Below, piece by piece: positions 39,135 to 51,175 of a stretch of DNA of 54,698 nt. The notes under the pieces are model-generated. The model searched no databases and was not told the origin of the DNA. It saw only the letters and a list, made by a program, of their open reading frames with translations. Origin of the DNA: Seison nebaliae. Taxonomy: Eukaryota. The stretch lies in assembly GCA_023231475.1 (NCBI GenBank), contig JALJEE010001998.1, positions 1 to 54,698 on the forward strand. The letters are read 5' to 3'. A program made the translations under genes and the position numbers. Each line of letters begins with the position of its first letter. The first letter of the stretch is position 1.

Positions 39135-40939
39135 ATGAATAATGAAGAAGATGAAACGACGATTAGTTCGAAAGTACTCGACAAATTCCCTTCTCTCACC
39201 ATGACCACGACGACAACTACGGAAATGATTGGTGAGCAGGATGGAGAGAATGTAAATGAAGATCAAATGGAAATTGATCGAAGAAATGAAGAAGAAGGAA
39301 AAGGTGAAGATATTGTTACTCCATGGACTGTGGAAAGTATGAATGATAAAGGAATCGATTATGATAAATTAATAAGTTATCTCTTTTTCGAATTATGTCA
39401 TAAATTCTTCATTTGTCATAAGGTCGATTTGGAAGTCAAAGAATTGATGAAAATCTCATTAATCGATTAGAGAAATTAACTAATCGACCTGCTCATCATT
39501 TAATTCGTCGTGGAATTGTTTTTTCTCATCGGTTTTCAATTTTAATCTTTTTTTTTTTTAATTCAAATTTCTATTAACCACATTTAGAGATCTGAACTAC
39601 ATTCTCGACTTATATGAACAAAAGAAACCATTCTATCTTTATACAGGTCGAGGACCATCAAGTTCCTCGATGCATCTTGGTCATTTAATTCCATTTCTTT
39701 TTACAAAGTTTCTTTACATTAAATTTCTCTTTTCTTATAAATCTCCTCTCAAAGATATTTACAAGATGTTTTTGATGTACCGCTAATTGTTCAGATGACA
39801 GATGATGAAAAGTATTTATGGAAAGATTTGACAATGGATGAATTAACTGAAATGACGAAAGAAAATGTTCGTGACATAATCGCATGTGGATTCGATGTTG
39901 AGAAAACATTCATATTCTCAAATTTCGAATATATGAGGTGAATTTCATTAATTTTTTGAATTTCTTAAAAATTATTTTTCTTTCTCAATCGAAGTAATTC
40001 GAAATCATTCTATCAAACCATTTGCCGTATTTCTCGATGTATCAACATTAATCAAGTGAAAAATATTTTTGGATTTGATGATTCTTACTCGATTGGGAAA
40101 GTGGCATTTCCAGCCGTTCAAGCAGCACCAGCTTTCTCAAACTCATTTCCTCAAATATTTGGAGATAATAATAATTCAGTTCCATGTCTCATTCCATGTG
40201 CCATCGATCAAGTTTTAATATTTTCATAATCATTCTCTTTCTTTTAATGATGATATTTTATCATTTTAGGATCCATATTTTTTGTTAACTAGGAATATTG
40301 CACCCAGACTAAATTTTCATAAACCAGCATTAATTCATTCAACATTTATTCCTGCACTCCAAGGCGCTAAATCCAAGATGAGTGCCAGCGATAGTACGAC
40401 AAGTATCTATTTGTCTGATACTCAAAATCAGATAAAGAAGAAAGTTCTTCTTTCTTCAAATAAATTCACATATTTGTAATTATTTTATAGATAAATAAAT
40501 ATGCATTCAGTGGTGGAAGAAGTACGATAGAAGATCATCGAAAATATGGAGGAGACACATCAATCGATGTCAGTTTTCAATATCTCAAATATTTTATACA
40601 GAATGATAATGAATTAAATGAAATAAAGAAAGTTTCTTTCTTTTTTTTATGAGCTATTTTAAATTTCATTGTTTGGCATGATAGAATTATGAAAAAGGTG
40701 ATTTGTTATCTGGTGAATTGAAAGCGATTATAATTAAGAAAATACAAGAAGAGATCTCCAATTTCCAAGAACGAAGGATAAAAGTTATTGTTTTAAGTTT
40801 AAAAAAATTTTGAAATATTTTTCTTAAGATAACCGATGAACAAGTTCGACAATATATGACGATACGGAAATTGAAATATGATTTCCCGATTGTACAAACG
40901 AACTCTAATAAGAAATCGAAGAAAAGTAAAAAGAAGTAA
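39135..40939 (+). CDS. WARS1: Cytoplasmic tryptophanyl-tRNA synthetase, 464 aa, 9 exons
   Basis: [29 protein letters not shown] (HIGH motif), [32 protein letters not shown]. Introns: 39376-39422, 39532-39587, 39708-39754, 39938-39994, 40212-40269, 40444-40490, 40632-40684, 40784-40828. Confidence 0.96.
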
Positions 40940-41126
40940 TTTGATGGAATGTTTATTGTTCTTTAACTTATTTTAAATTATTATATAAATATGTATTGGT
41001 GATGGAAATTAAAACGATATGTTTTATTATAATTTATTAAATTAATTATCATTTAAGAAGATAAAATAAAAGAGAACGAATAAAAAATTTAGTTATATTA
41101 TTCAACACTTTTACATCAGTTTTCTC

Positions 41127-41140
41127 ATCGTCATAGCAAC
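41127..41140 (+). promoter_or_regulatory. X-box (RFX-binding) motif ATCGTC-AT-AGCAAC
   Basis: Fits RYYNYY-N2-RRNRAC exactly and lies ~80 bp upstream of the ATG at 41219. It sits inside a TCGTCA...TGACGA inverted repeat (41128-41150). Confidence 0.6.
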
Positions 41141-41218
41141 GTAGTGACGAAAGAAAAACAAAACATTCATTTTAATATATTTGAATGTTATTCGAATAAA
41201 TTAGGATAAGACGCAGAA

Positions 41219-42204
41219 ATGGAAGAATTAGCTATTCGTTTCAACTCTTTAATAACTGATCATAATTATCTTGTTACCAATACAATAATATCGTTGATTA
41301 ATCAGATATGTAACATTCTTAAAACAAAATTTAATAGTTTAATTCATTCATTTGCTAAAATGATTTACTTAAAATGATTTGTAGACACAATAAACTCTTC
41401 TCACCAAATTTCGACATTAAAGAGAGGTCATTCAATTTTGAATTTTATCGAAAGTAAAATTAAGAGATCGAATGTGGAAATAATCGATGAAGAATCATTA
41501 GAAATTATTCGATTAAATGTCACAGAGTATTTCCTTCACTTCCTGAAGGAGATTGGAGAAATTTCAAATAATTCAATTCCTCCTCAACAATATAATTCAT
41601 TCTTGGAGACGATTCGACAGAATTGTAAATATCGGAATATCGACAAAATTGACAATCGATGGAATCGTATTCCATATACAGAATGGCAATCATATAAACA
41701 TGAAAGTTTAGATGGGGGACAACATGATTGGAGATACTTCACATACCAATCTGATGGTTTCAATTTGTCTTTTTATGTTTTCATTCATTCTAAAATTTGT
41801 AACTTACAAATTGTAAGGAAATGTACAGAATTATGGAGCGAATGAAAGTGATAAAATAATTGCACCGAATATTAGTTATGCATGTAAGTCGCAATTAACA
41901 AGTGATGGTCGAACTCCACAAGAACGTGCAGGAATCGTAGTCGATCTAGATTGTTCTATTTATATTTATTTTTCTATATTTTTTAAATATACATTTAATT
42001 TCAGATTCAACGGAATATAAAGATAATTATCAAAAAAATAATAAACGAAGTAAATTAGATTTTGTTATTAATCCACCAAGAGATCTCCGCGTCTTTAACA
42101 GACCGTTAACAGACCAAGTACAAACCAATTACGATACGGAATATAAAGATCGATATATATTTCCTGATGAGAAAATGGTGGATCGATTACAATGGTTAAA
42201 ATAA
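41219..42204 (+). CDS. Uncharacterised 274-aa protein, 4 exons, candidate ciliary microtubule-associated protein
   Basis: Continuous ORF after removing introns 41337-41384, 41757-41817 and 41953-42004. Repeated YSTEYKDNY / YDTEYKDRYIFP motifs. Upstream X-box. Confidence 0.7.
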
Positions 42205-42346
42205 GAAGAAATGAAATTGAATATATTTTTATTTTAAAATAAAATTAAGAGATATTATGCGATTTAATGGAGATTCACAATTAAATTGAGAGAAGTTTAA
42301 AAGCAAAAAATGTTCATTTGAAAAATTAAAAAATTGATATATTCGT

Positions 42347-43123
42347 TCAAGACGATAACGAAGTGAAATATTTCTCCAATTGAGAATTGGTTTCCTCTTC
42401 CGAACTATTTGGTTTTGTAACACGATTAATTATTGATGCCATTTCATGTACTAATTGTAGTTCCGTTTCGAGAATGTTGTTATTAAGAAAATGTGCCAAC
42501 TATAAAACGAAGATAGCTGATAGTTTAAAAAAAAATTTATAAGAACGAACTGAAGGATCATTTGTTCCACAATTTCTTATCAGATTCGTCGCCATTTTAG
42601 AGAGTCCGATATGAATATTCAATTTAGTTGTCAAAGACGATTTAACAGAGGAACCCCAACGATTATCTAAATGTGGAGGCTAAATTAACTTACAAAACAG
42701 AAGAAAAATGAAGAAATTAGGAAACGTATATATTTTTCAAGAGAACGGTAGATCCTCGATTAAAAATTTCCATGTGAAGTTTCCGATTATTTAAAAATTC
42801 TATACTGGTGGCATTGTTGAAAAGTTCAGAAATTGCCGATAGCGATTGTGTTTCACTTGCATAATAATTCGACTAAAAAAATGTATCAGAGAAAAGGATT
42901 TAATAAAAATTAATTAAACTAGAGAAGTAAAAGTGTAAATGGCATTGAATTGTTCATTGATGAAAGTGTGAAGAAGTTGAAGACATTGCTGATCAATTTT
43001 TATTTCATTTCTTGACGGTAAATGTCCAAATTGTCTTTCAGTGTTTCCTTCCGAACCGATCCACTGACATAACATTTGATGTTGAAGTGAAAACGTGACA
43101 AATATAATTAAATTGAAAATCAT
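42347..43123 (-). CDS. Secreted ferritin-like protein A, 210 aa, 4 exons, ferroxidase centre degenerate
   Basis: Hydrophobic N-terminus; INEQFNAIYTFTSL|SNYY..., NRGSTVLLKNIY|PP..RWG, NDPS|LAHFL. Three phase-0 introns (42873-42919, 42680-42725, 42500-42550) at the canonical ferritin positions. Confidence 0.8.
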
Positions 43124-43285
43124 AATCGTTTGATATATTTACGTATTCTATAAAGGATGTTTAAATAGAATTCTAAGAAAAAAATAAGCAAATTAATTAA
43201 ATAAATGGAAAGATCGATGGATATTCTTTAAGAAATATTCGATGAATGAAATAAAAATTAAATTAGTTCTTAAAATTTTTCTTTT

Positions 43286-44347
43286 TTACAATTTCTTCTT
43301 GTTTTTCAGATCGTTAATTCGTTCTCGATTTTTGGCAGCTATTCGCATTTGGTATGAATCCCAACTGTTTTTCTGAGGCGATAAACTTGTGAAATTCTGT
43401 GGAAGATATAAAGTTCCTGATTTTTTAACAGTCATCGGATAAATTAATGAAGAGGCAGATGAATCCAATAGTTTTTTGAAGATGGCTTGTTTCGATGTAA
43501 GATCATTATTCTTCGGTTCTTTCACTAAATCTTTACCTAGAGAATAAAGTGAATATCGTTGTTCATTTGATGATGCTTTTGATGAGATAAATGTATCAAG
43601 TTCTTCAGCTATCTGACTTTCCAAATCATTGTTCGTTGTAGCACGATTGATGAGTGATGACAATTGATGAACTTTCAATTGTTGTGAAGTAATTAAATTT
43701 TCCACTAAAAATTCTTTCAACTTCATTAAGAGTTTTTGTGTTAATAATATACTTATTATAAATATTCAACTAACATCCGGATCATTCATTCCACAATTTC
43801 TCGAAATATCTCTCAACACTTTTGTGAATGAAACTTCCAAATTTAATGCCGTTACTAATGATGAACGAACAGAGGAACCCCACCGTCCATCTAATTTTGG
43901 TGCCTAAAAACCATTAGAATTTTCAAAAGTTAATTTAAAACTAAAAAAAATTAAACGAATATCGGTTGAAGTTGAACAGTTGATCCGCGTTTAATAAGTT
44001 TATTTGTGACTAAATCACCGGTTCGGATATATCTTGCAACTGAATCGTCAAAAAATGCGGCTATTCCCGGCAGAGATTGTTCTTCACTTGTATAATAATT
44101 AGTCTGAAAAGATTGGAATAAGGAGAAGGAAGAAATGCGAAACCATTGAAACATAAGTATAAAGAATTCGATAATTTTCCGCAATCAAATTATTCAGCAT
44201 GGTGACACATTGGGGGGAAATTTTGAGGTCACCTCGGGAGAATGTGCGCACTTGCCATCGAGGTAAACTGTTCTCGGACCATTGTCCACCAAACATGCCA
44301 CAAATATTAATTGAGAGCAATACGAAAAGATATTGAACAATTGCCAT
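43286..44347 (-). CDS. Secreted ferritin-like protein B, 304 aa, 4 exons, ~95-aa C-terminal extension
   Basis: Signal peptide; LNNLIAENYRILYTYVSM|TNYY...LPGIAAFF...KRGSTVQLQPIF|AP...W...ALNLE...NDPD|LKEFL. Introns 44104-44143, 43904-43956 and 43721-43774 at the canonical ferritin positions. Confidence 0.85.
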
Positions 44348-45367
44348 GTCGTTTCTCCAAGTAGTTGTTAGAGAATTATTAAGAAAAGTGTCTGAGAATA
44401 ATTTTGTATGAAATTCTCCTTCATATTTATATTCAATTGGAAAGCGATTAATTCGGTGATAGAGATTAGTTAACGATCTTGTTAATCGGTAAGTGAATTC
44501 AATGGATTGTAGAATTGATTGTTATAGATAATCCATATCGGGGTCGTTACTTCGGATGACTCTACGAATAGATTCCTTTACAAAGAACAATTGTCTCAGT
44601 GAGACATCGACAATTCGATGGATTAAGTAATCTGTTACTCGTTAACAAAATCTTCACTGATGAACGTAACAACACTCAATCAATTGGAAACGATTCCATT
44701 GTTTACATCGAGAACATGAATGAACAAAACACAATAAATTGTGTGGATGATGAAACTTTTTGTTATATCGACTTTCAAAGAATATTCACGAAATAATTTC
44801 TTGTCAATATTTTCTTTTCAATGAAATTTTAAAGGAATTTTTCTGTTGAACAATTTTGGAAGTTTCTCTAAAAAAGTTATTTTAATTTTAAGATGAGAGA
44901 TCATAGAAGAATTTTAAAACAATAAATTTGTTTGGTTTATTTTGTGTAAGAATGTGCTGCATGTCTACAAACGACTGTGTTGGAAATAAAAATGAAAGAT
45001 AAAATATGTTCTAAAATTATTTTTACGATGAACTAAAATAAAACAAAATTAGATTCATAATCGGAAGCGTATTCCAGTAGGAAAGAGTGTTTCTTTAACA
45101 AAGATACGATAGAATGAAATAAGAAAAATAAGTTCCTTCAAATCGAATTTAAAGGATCGAAATTTGAACGGTTAAAAATTAACTCTTTCTTTCTCGTGGA
45201 AAATTAGAAGAGAATATGCAAAGTTTTAATAAATTCTTATCAAACAAAGGAAATCTAATATAATATTATGAGGAAGACGAAAAGAATAAAAGAATTAGCA
45301 CAAAAAATAAAATTGTAAATTATCAATATTTCAATGATTAATAAAATAAAATGTTTGTTTAAGAATG

Positions 45368-48300
45368 TCATTTACTTCTCATCCATTGAGGAATTTGAAT
45401 AGTGTCTCCCGGTTCTCCAACATATTGAACTTTTGAATGGTCATTTTTCCATCTTTTTCCATTCTTCGTCGTATGACCATGTTGTTGTAGTGGTTCATTA
45501 AAATTGAAATCTCGTTCGATTGATGATGAAGCTTTACTGTAAGGTGGAATTGGACGTGCTTGTACCTGTTTACCTTGCCTTCTCGCGATAGCTTGCATTT
45601 CAGTTAAAGTTTGCGGCTGAAGTTGTCCATTCATGGTTGTTCGTCCACTTAGACTGAATGGAGGTAACTTTCTCATACGAATCTCAGGAATATTGTAATA
45701 TTTTGCACCAGGCAATTTACAAGGACCGATAATGAAAGAATTCGGTTGGTCATAAGAAATATCTTCATCATAGACATTCGGCAAATGATTAGTATTGACC
45801 GATGTGCTCATCATATTTTTTCGATAGTTTTTTGATTTGGATATATAAGAATTATGATTTTCATCATATTGATGCCATGTTGAACTATAAGTTGGGCCAT
45901 CATTATAATAATCATCTAAATTTCTATTGTAACTCTGATAAGTATTTTGATACGGCTGTTGTTGAATGTTAGCATTTGGATAGAAATATTTGTTTTTTGA
46001 ATTCTGCGAATAATATTGATGGTGGACATGTGGATGATGGTAGTGTTTCCTATGGTGACGATAAAAATGAGTTTTATCTTTTCTCTTTCGAAAATTCTCT
46101 TTATTCTCTAAAAGTTTTTCTTTTTTTACTTTTATTTTCCGTTTCGTCGATCCATTTTCTATCAAATGTTTCGATGAACTTTTTTTTTTTTTCGTCGATT
46201 TACTTTGTTTCGATGTTGTTTTCGGTAAAGTGGACGCTGCCTTCGGTATAACACTAACATTTTTCTTTTCATTTTTCCTTTCATACACATCAGAATTGTT
46301 AAATTGGTCACTATCTGTTCCTGATAATTTAATGTCATTTAATTCGATATCTGTTCGATCTTCATCCACATCCGAATTTTCAACATCCGAACTAATATCA
46401 TTTCGAGTGCTATTGTTATTGTTCTTATTAAGGGAAGCATTGGAAATTATTGAATTGGTTTTCTTTAAATCAGTTTTATTTTTTTCCTCAACATTTTCTC
46501 CTTTGTTGTCTGTTCCATCATCTGTTGATTTTTCTGTTACAGATTCGATTGGTGTGTCTTCAACATCATTACTTCTTTTCTCGTCCTCTTTTTCTGTAGA
46601 TATCGTTTCACAACTTTCAGTTTTTGATGATTCCAAAGTATTTTGATTATTAACCTTTTCCTTTTTAACTTCCTCCACAACTTCTACTTCTTCTGCTTTA
46701 CTTTGAGTCTTCGATTTAGATACTTTCAAGATACTTTTCGTTCGTTTTGGTGGTCCAGTCTTACTTCGTAAATTAGTTTTATTCGATGTCTTTCTAGAAG
46801 ACTTTCTGATTTTCTCAAATTTTTGCGGTTGTCCCTCCGCTGCATATTGATGAGATTTTATCACTTGAACTTCCACTTCTTCTCCACTATCCAATTTCTC
46901 TTTATGACGAATGTCCTTCAAAATTTTGTCGATCAGTGGTTGATTATTGGCATCCGATAATAATTTAATTTCGGAATTCTTTAAATTAATTTCACCTTCG
47001 CCCTCCATGTTATTAGCAGCACGATATGCTCGAATCTTCGAACTGTTCATCGTTCCATATTTACTGGAACGTTTATTTTCCATTTCTATGACTGGATTAT
47101 AATCACGAGTCATTTGTGAATGTTGACGATGAGCGTATGGTGCATAATCATCACCCATCAATTCAGCTGCTTCTGCATTATAAGAGTTTCTCCGATGAGA
47201 TCGTTTCTTTCTTGATCGAGAAATGATCGATTGATAATCGGCACCTAACAACGATTTGTCACCAATTGTCTGTACAACACTCTCAGTACCGCTGGGTGAT
47301 ATCATTATTTTTTCTGAATAAACTGGTCGACCTGATGCATAACCTTTATCCGATTTCCTTCCATAAGTTTGTTTTGATATCGTCGAATAACCATAACCGA
47401 ACATCGAATCACCAACTCTATTACTAGTCGTTGCATTTTGTGGTGGTTGTTGTTGTTGTTGTTGTTGTTGTTGCTGCGGTATGATTGGTTGTTGATGATG
47501 ATGCATGAAATATTGCTGTTGCGGTTTCTTTAATGACATATCTTTCAAATTACTCTCATAATTTCGATAAGAATTATTCTGATCATAAGTCTGATTTGGT
47601 TGATTTTGGAATTGTGGATAGACTTTCGTAATGTCTTGGAACTGTTGTTGAGATTGATTGACATTGTTTCCTAAGTACGACATTAAAGTTGCCCATTGTT
47701 GTTGGAGCATTTCAGGGGAAACTTGAGGCAACATCGATTTATTCGTATCGTTATTGATGGAAGAATCCATAATTGTTGCAGTTGTTGTGGCAGTTGTTGC
47801 AGTTGAGATAGCTGAAGAAGTGTTTGTAGGATAATGATATTTTGATTGTGAATAGCCACTCATAATACTACTAGGACCGATTAAAGATGTCGTATTAATT
47901 GTTGATCGCTTTTCACCATATAACGATGCTGCTAATTGTTCAAATGCATCGACATCTTCATTAAATTTACGAGATGACTTATGAACAGTTGTCAACCGGT
48001 TGATATGACTCTTATTAGGTTTTGTTTTATAACTTGAACATTTCTTCCTCATCACGTTACCATCATTAACATTTAATGACATTTGCGGTTCTTTCGTCAT
48101 TTGTACAAAATTGTGATGATATTGATTATATGAATGAGGATGTTTGTGTTTATCATCATAATACGGATAAGATTCATGATATACACCATCGCCGCCACCA
48201 CCAACTCGACGATGACGGTGATGATGATGACGATGTCGACGATTTTGTGAATTAGTCGACCGATCATTGAATGATGTATTCGTCAAATCGTTATTATGCG

Positions 48301-48616
48301 ACAACTTTGGCTTTTCGACATATCCCTTCTTTGAATTATTGTCAACTAATTCTTCGTTTTCCGACTCAGTTTTTTCCGACATCTTTTCCTCTTTCTTCTC
48401 ATCCACTTTACTTTTTTCATTTCCTTTCTCATCCAATTTATTCGTTAAATCTTCTTCTTTTGATGATGTCAACTTATTCACATCATCATTCGTATTATTA
48501 TTGTTGTTCTTGTTTAAATTCGATTGCACCAAACTAATAGATCTCTTTGTTTTCCGGTTCATTTTATTTCGTCGTATTCCCATCTGCTCCTTTAATTCCT
48601 GATGTTGCACAACCAT
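45368..48616 (-). CDS. Uncharacterised ~1082-aa low-complexity, probably disordered protein (may extend 5')
   Basis: 3.2-kb open frame with poly-Q, poly-H, K/E-rich and Y/Q/N-rich blocks. The frame stays open upstream to an acceptor-like TTTTTATAG near 48665, so an upstream exon is possible. Confidence 0.75.
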   Translation of the reverse strand: MVVQHQELKEQMGIRRNKMNRKTKRSISLVQSNLNKNNNNNTNDDVNKLTSSKEEDLTNKLDEKGNEKSKVDEKKEEKMSEKTESENEELVDNNSKKGYVEKPKLSHNNDLTNTSFNDRSTNSQNRRHRHHHHRHRRVGGGGDGVYHESYPYYDDKHKHPHSYNQYHHNFVQMTKEPQMSLNVNDGNVMRKKCSSYKTKPNKSHINRLTTVHKSSRKFNEDVDAFEQLAASLYGEKRSTINTTSLIGPSSIMSGYSQSKYHYPTNTSSAISTATTATTTATIMDSSINNDTNKSMLPQVSPEMLQQQWATLMSYLGNNVNQSQQQFQDITKVYPQFQNQPNQTYDQNNSYRNYESNLKDMSLKKPQQQYFMHHHQQPIIPQQQQQQQQQQPPQNATTSNRVGDSMFGYGYSTISKQTYGRKSDKGYASGRPVYSEKIMISPSGTESVVQTIGDKSLLGADYQSIISRSRKKRSHRRNSYNAEAAELMGDDYAPYAHRQHSQMTRDYNPVIEMENKRSSKYGTMNSSKIRAYRAANNMEGEGEINLKNSEIKLLSDANNQPLIDKILKDIRHKEKLDSGEEVEVQVIKSHQYAAEGQPQKFEKIRKSSRKTSNKTNLRSKTGPPKRTKSILKVSKSKTQSKAEEVEVVEEVKKEKVNNQNTLESSKTESCETISTEKEDEKRSNDVEDTPIESVTEKSTDDGTDNKGENVEEKNKTDLKKTNSIISNASLNKNNNNSTRNDISSDVENSDVDEDRTDIELNDIKLSGTDSDQFNNSDVYERKNEKKNVSVIPKAASTLPKTTSKQSKSTKKKKSSSKHLIENGSTKRKIKVKKEKLLENKENFRKRKDKTHFYRHHRKHYHHPHVHHQYYSQNSKNKYFYPNANIQQQPYQNTYQSYNRNLDDYYNDGPTYSSTWHQYDENHNSYISKSKNYRKNMMSTSVNTNHLPNVYDEDISYDQPNSFIIGPCKLPGAKYYNIPEIRMRKLPPFSLSGRTTMNGQLQPQTLTEMQAIARRQGKQVQARPIPPYSKASSSIERDFNFNEPLQQHGHTTKNGKRWKNDHSKVQYVGEPGDTIQIPQWMRSK

Positions 48617-50829
48617 TATATTCTTTCTATCTATAAGAATACTATCAGCAGATCCAAAAAAAATCTATAAAAATCAAACAAAAAAAAAGTTATAAACAAA
48701 TATTTTTTGTGATGTTTCAATTCATTCCTTGTATGATTTGTGAATTTTTATATTTTCTCTACACAAACATCGAGTAAGCGGAAGACAGATGAAAGTGATT
48801 GAGTTCAGTTATAATTTAACAACATTAATCATCTTTACGGTTTTTAATCAATATTGTTCAGCCAAAAAATCTCTAAAAATCTCGTGATCAATCTGAGTAT
48901 AATACTAAAGAAAACTTTCTCAATTTCAACTTTCTCATTTTTTGATAGTTACACGCTATTTTCTTTCACTTCTAATAAAATATTCGAAACTTTCTAAAGC
49001 TCTACCCACCGAATGAAAGTTTCTCATTAGAATACATCGTTTCTTTCACTCATCATTTTTCATTTATCAATATTTTCATCTCACTACAAGTGAATGATGA
49101 AGGTTTAATTGAAATATTTTTAGTTAATTAGAGAATGAATGAAAGTCAATTAACTCCGACAAAGAAAAGAATGATCTTTCTCGATAAATCGAGTGACATG
49201 AAAAGGTAGAGAAAGATCATGATTGAAAAATAATTATTAATAAAAATAATTTTTTTTATCTATCAATGATAGACTATCATCAACAATCGACTACTTTTCT
49301 CCCCAATGATCTACCGCCACTATCCTCAACATCATCACTATCATTATCGACTCTTATCATCGTTACTACTCTTCTTACCACAACTATCAATTCTCTTTCG
49401 TCTTCATTGCTATTTTAACGACGATGAATATGTTGTTAACGAATATATTTAATTTGCATTGGTCCATCGAACTGCTCTAATTTCCATACCGATATCGTAA
49501 AATTGTGATCGAAATTATACTTCTTATTAATGAATTCTCTCTAAAATATCAATCCAATAATATTATTGAAAAAGAAAAATTTTCATCGATCATTCATCCG
49601 TTCTGGCGTTCTCTTCTTATTTAATTTTTTCTTAGGCATATGCTTCATCGCTTTTCTCATTTTAACCATTGCTTAATTTCCATTCAATGATCTTCGTCAT
49701 ATGTTCTCCTTTCTCCATGAACCATACACCTGTTTGACAAATAAAACTACATTTGAGTATTCCTAACTAGTTCTGTCTTCATCATCAATGCATTGTATGA
49801 TGATCTAATAATCCATTCAAACTATTGAGACGTTAATCACGCAACCTGTTAAAGATCGATTAATGGTTGTTCGTTAGAGAAATGAATTACGTTGAACGAG
49901 CACATCAGATAGATATTCGATCATTTTATTATCAATGTCTGGAAGTTATCGGTTTGAGATGAGGGAAAGTCTTCTACTTCTTAACAATTTCTTTTTCGAA
50001 GGAATATTTAATTGTTCATGAAATTGTTCGATCGTTTTCATGAAGATCATTTAATAACGAATAACAATTTAATTGAAAAGATAATATGAGAAAGGACGGA
50101 ATATGTTAAGCGAATTAAAATTATTGATCAATAAAAAAATGTTTTTGGTTACTTCCGTTTCCTATTCATAAATTCGTCCTAATCGTCATCATCGTCAGAT
50201 GAGAGAGATGGATAATAAAGAAATTTTTACCTTGATACGTTTAGTATAATTCTCAGTTTGGAAATAGAACTTATTTAAAAATGAATTTCTTTCCGTCTTT
50301 TCTTTTCTTCTTGTTTCGATATATATTTTAATAATGGGACGAGAATCTTACAATAAAAAGAAGTTTAGGAATAATGGAAAATATTTATATGGATGAGAAC
50401 AACTAAATACGAAAGAATTGAGTGAACGTGATATGTAAACTAACACATTTGTAATCTTTCTCGACTCAATCTAAGATGGTGTTATATAAGAAGATGACAC
50501 AAACAAATTTAGGAATCCATTTTGAGCTTATCTCTCGACATCTATCAAATTACATCCAATCTGATCATATTGCGCGCTATATAAACTTAAACATTTTCTA
50601 ATAACCAATTATAATTATTTCACTTAAGATGACGTCATCAATCTCATATCAATATCTATATCAATCGGATTTCCTTCCTCTTTCACTTCACAGTTATATC
50701 TATGAAATCTTTTCATTCCTGGTTAGATATCTTCGTCGATTATCTCTTAACATAATTTGGACAATCAAGTTTAGGTAAATTTGTCAAATTTGGAACATCT
50801 AATGATTTATCGGCGAACTTTATTATTCT

Positions 50830-50961
50830 TCAAAAATGATCCTCTTCCTCTTTCAACTCATTTCTCTCAATATCACAGAAAGAGTCTGAACTAACTTTCA
50901 CAAAATTTATTTGTTCATATTTCATACATTTATAACATTCGACATCCGGCGACAGACACAT
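50830..50961 (-). pseudogene. Possible tiny gag zinc-knuckle relic
   Basis: Translates to MCLSPDVECYKCMKYEQ..., an incomplete CX2C knuckle in decayed coding-like sequence. Confidence 0.15.
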
Positions 50962-51175
50962 AGATCAAATTCGTGTTAATATGATGTAGTCATTAAAATA
51001 GTTATAGATTTTATCATACTCAAACACAATCATGTCTAATTTAGTCCTTGTAATCAAATTAATTCAAAACAAATTGAAAGTAAAATAAGAATTTTAATTA
51101 TAATAATTGATTATTATGGAAATTCTCTAGATGAAATTGTATCGTTCATAACAGCAATAAAATCAGTTTCACTTA

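Noticed and set aside
37614..42204. Operon-like run of three same-strand genes spaced 336 and 279 bp apart
   Set aside because: The spacing is explained by genome compaction. The third gene has its own X-box, and there is no direct evidence of trans-splicing.
44348..44440. Iron-responsive element upstream of the ferritin-like genes
   Set aside because: No CAGUGN loop hairpin was seen 5' of either start codon.
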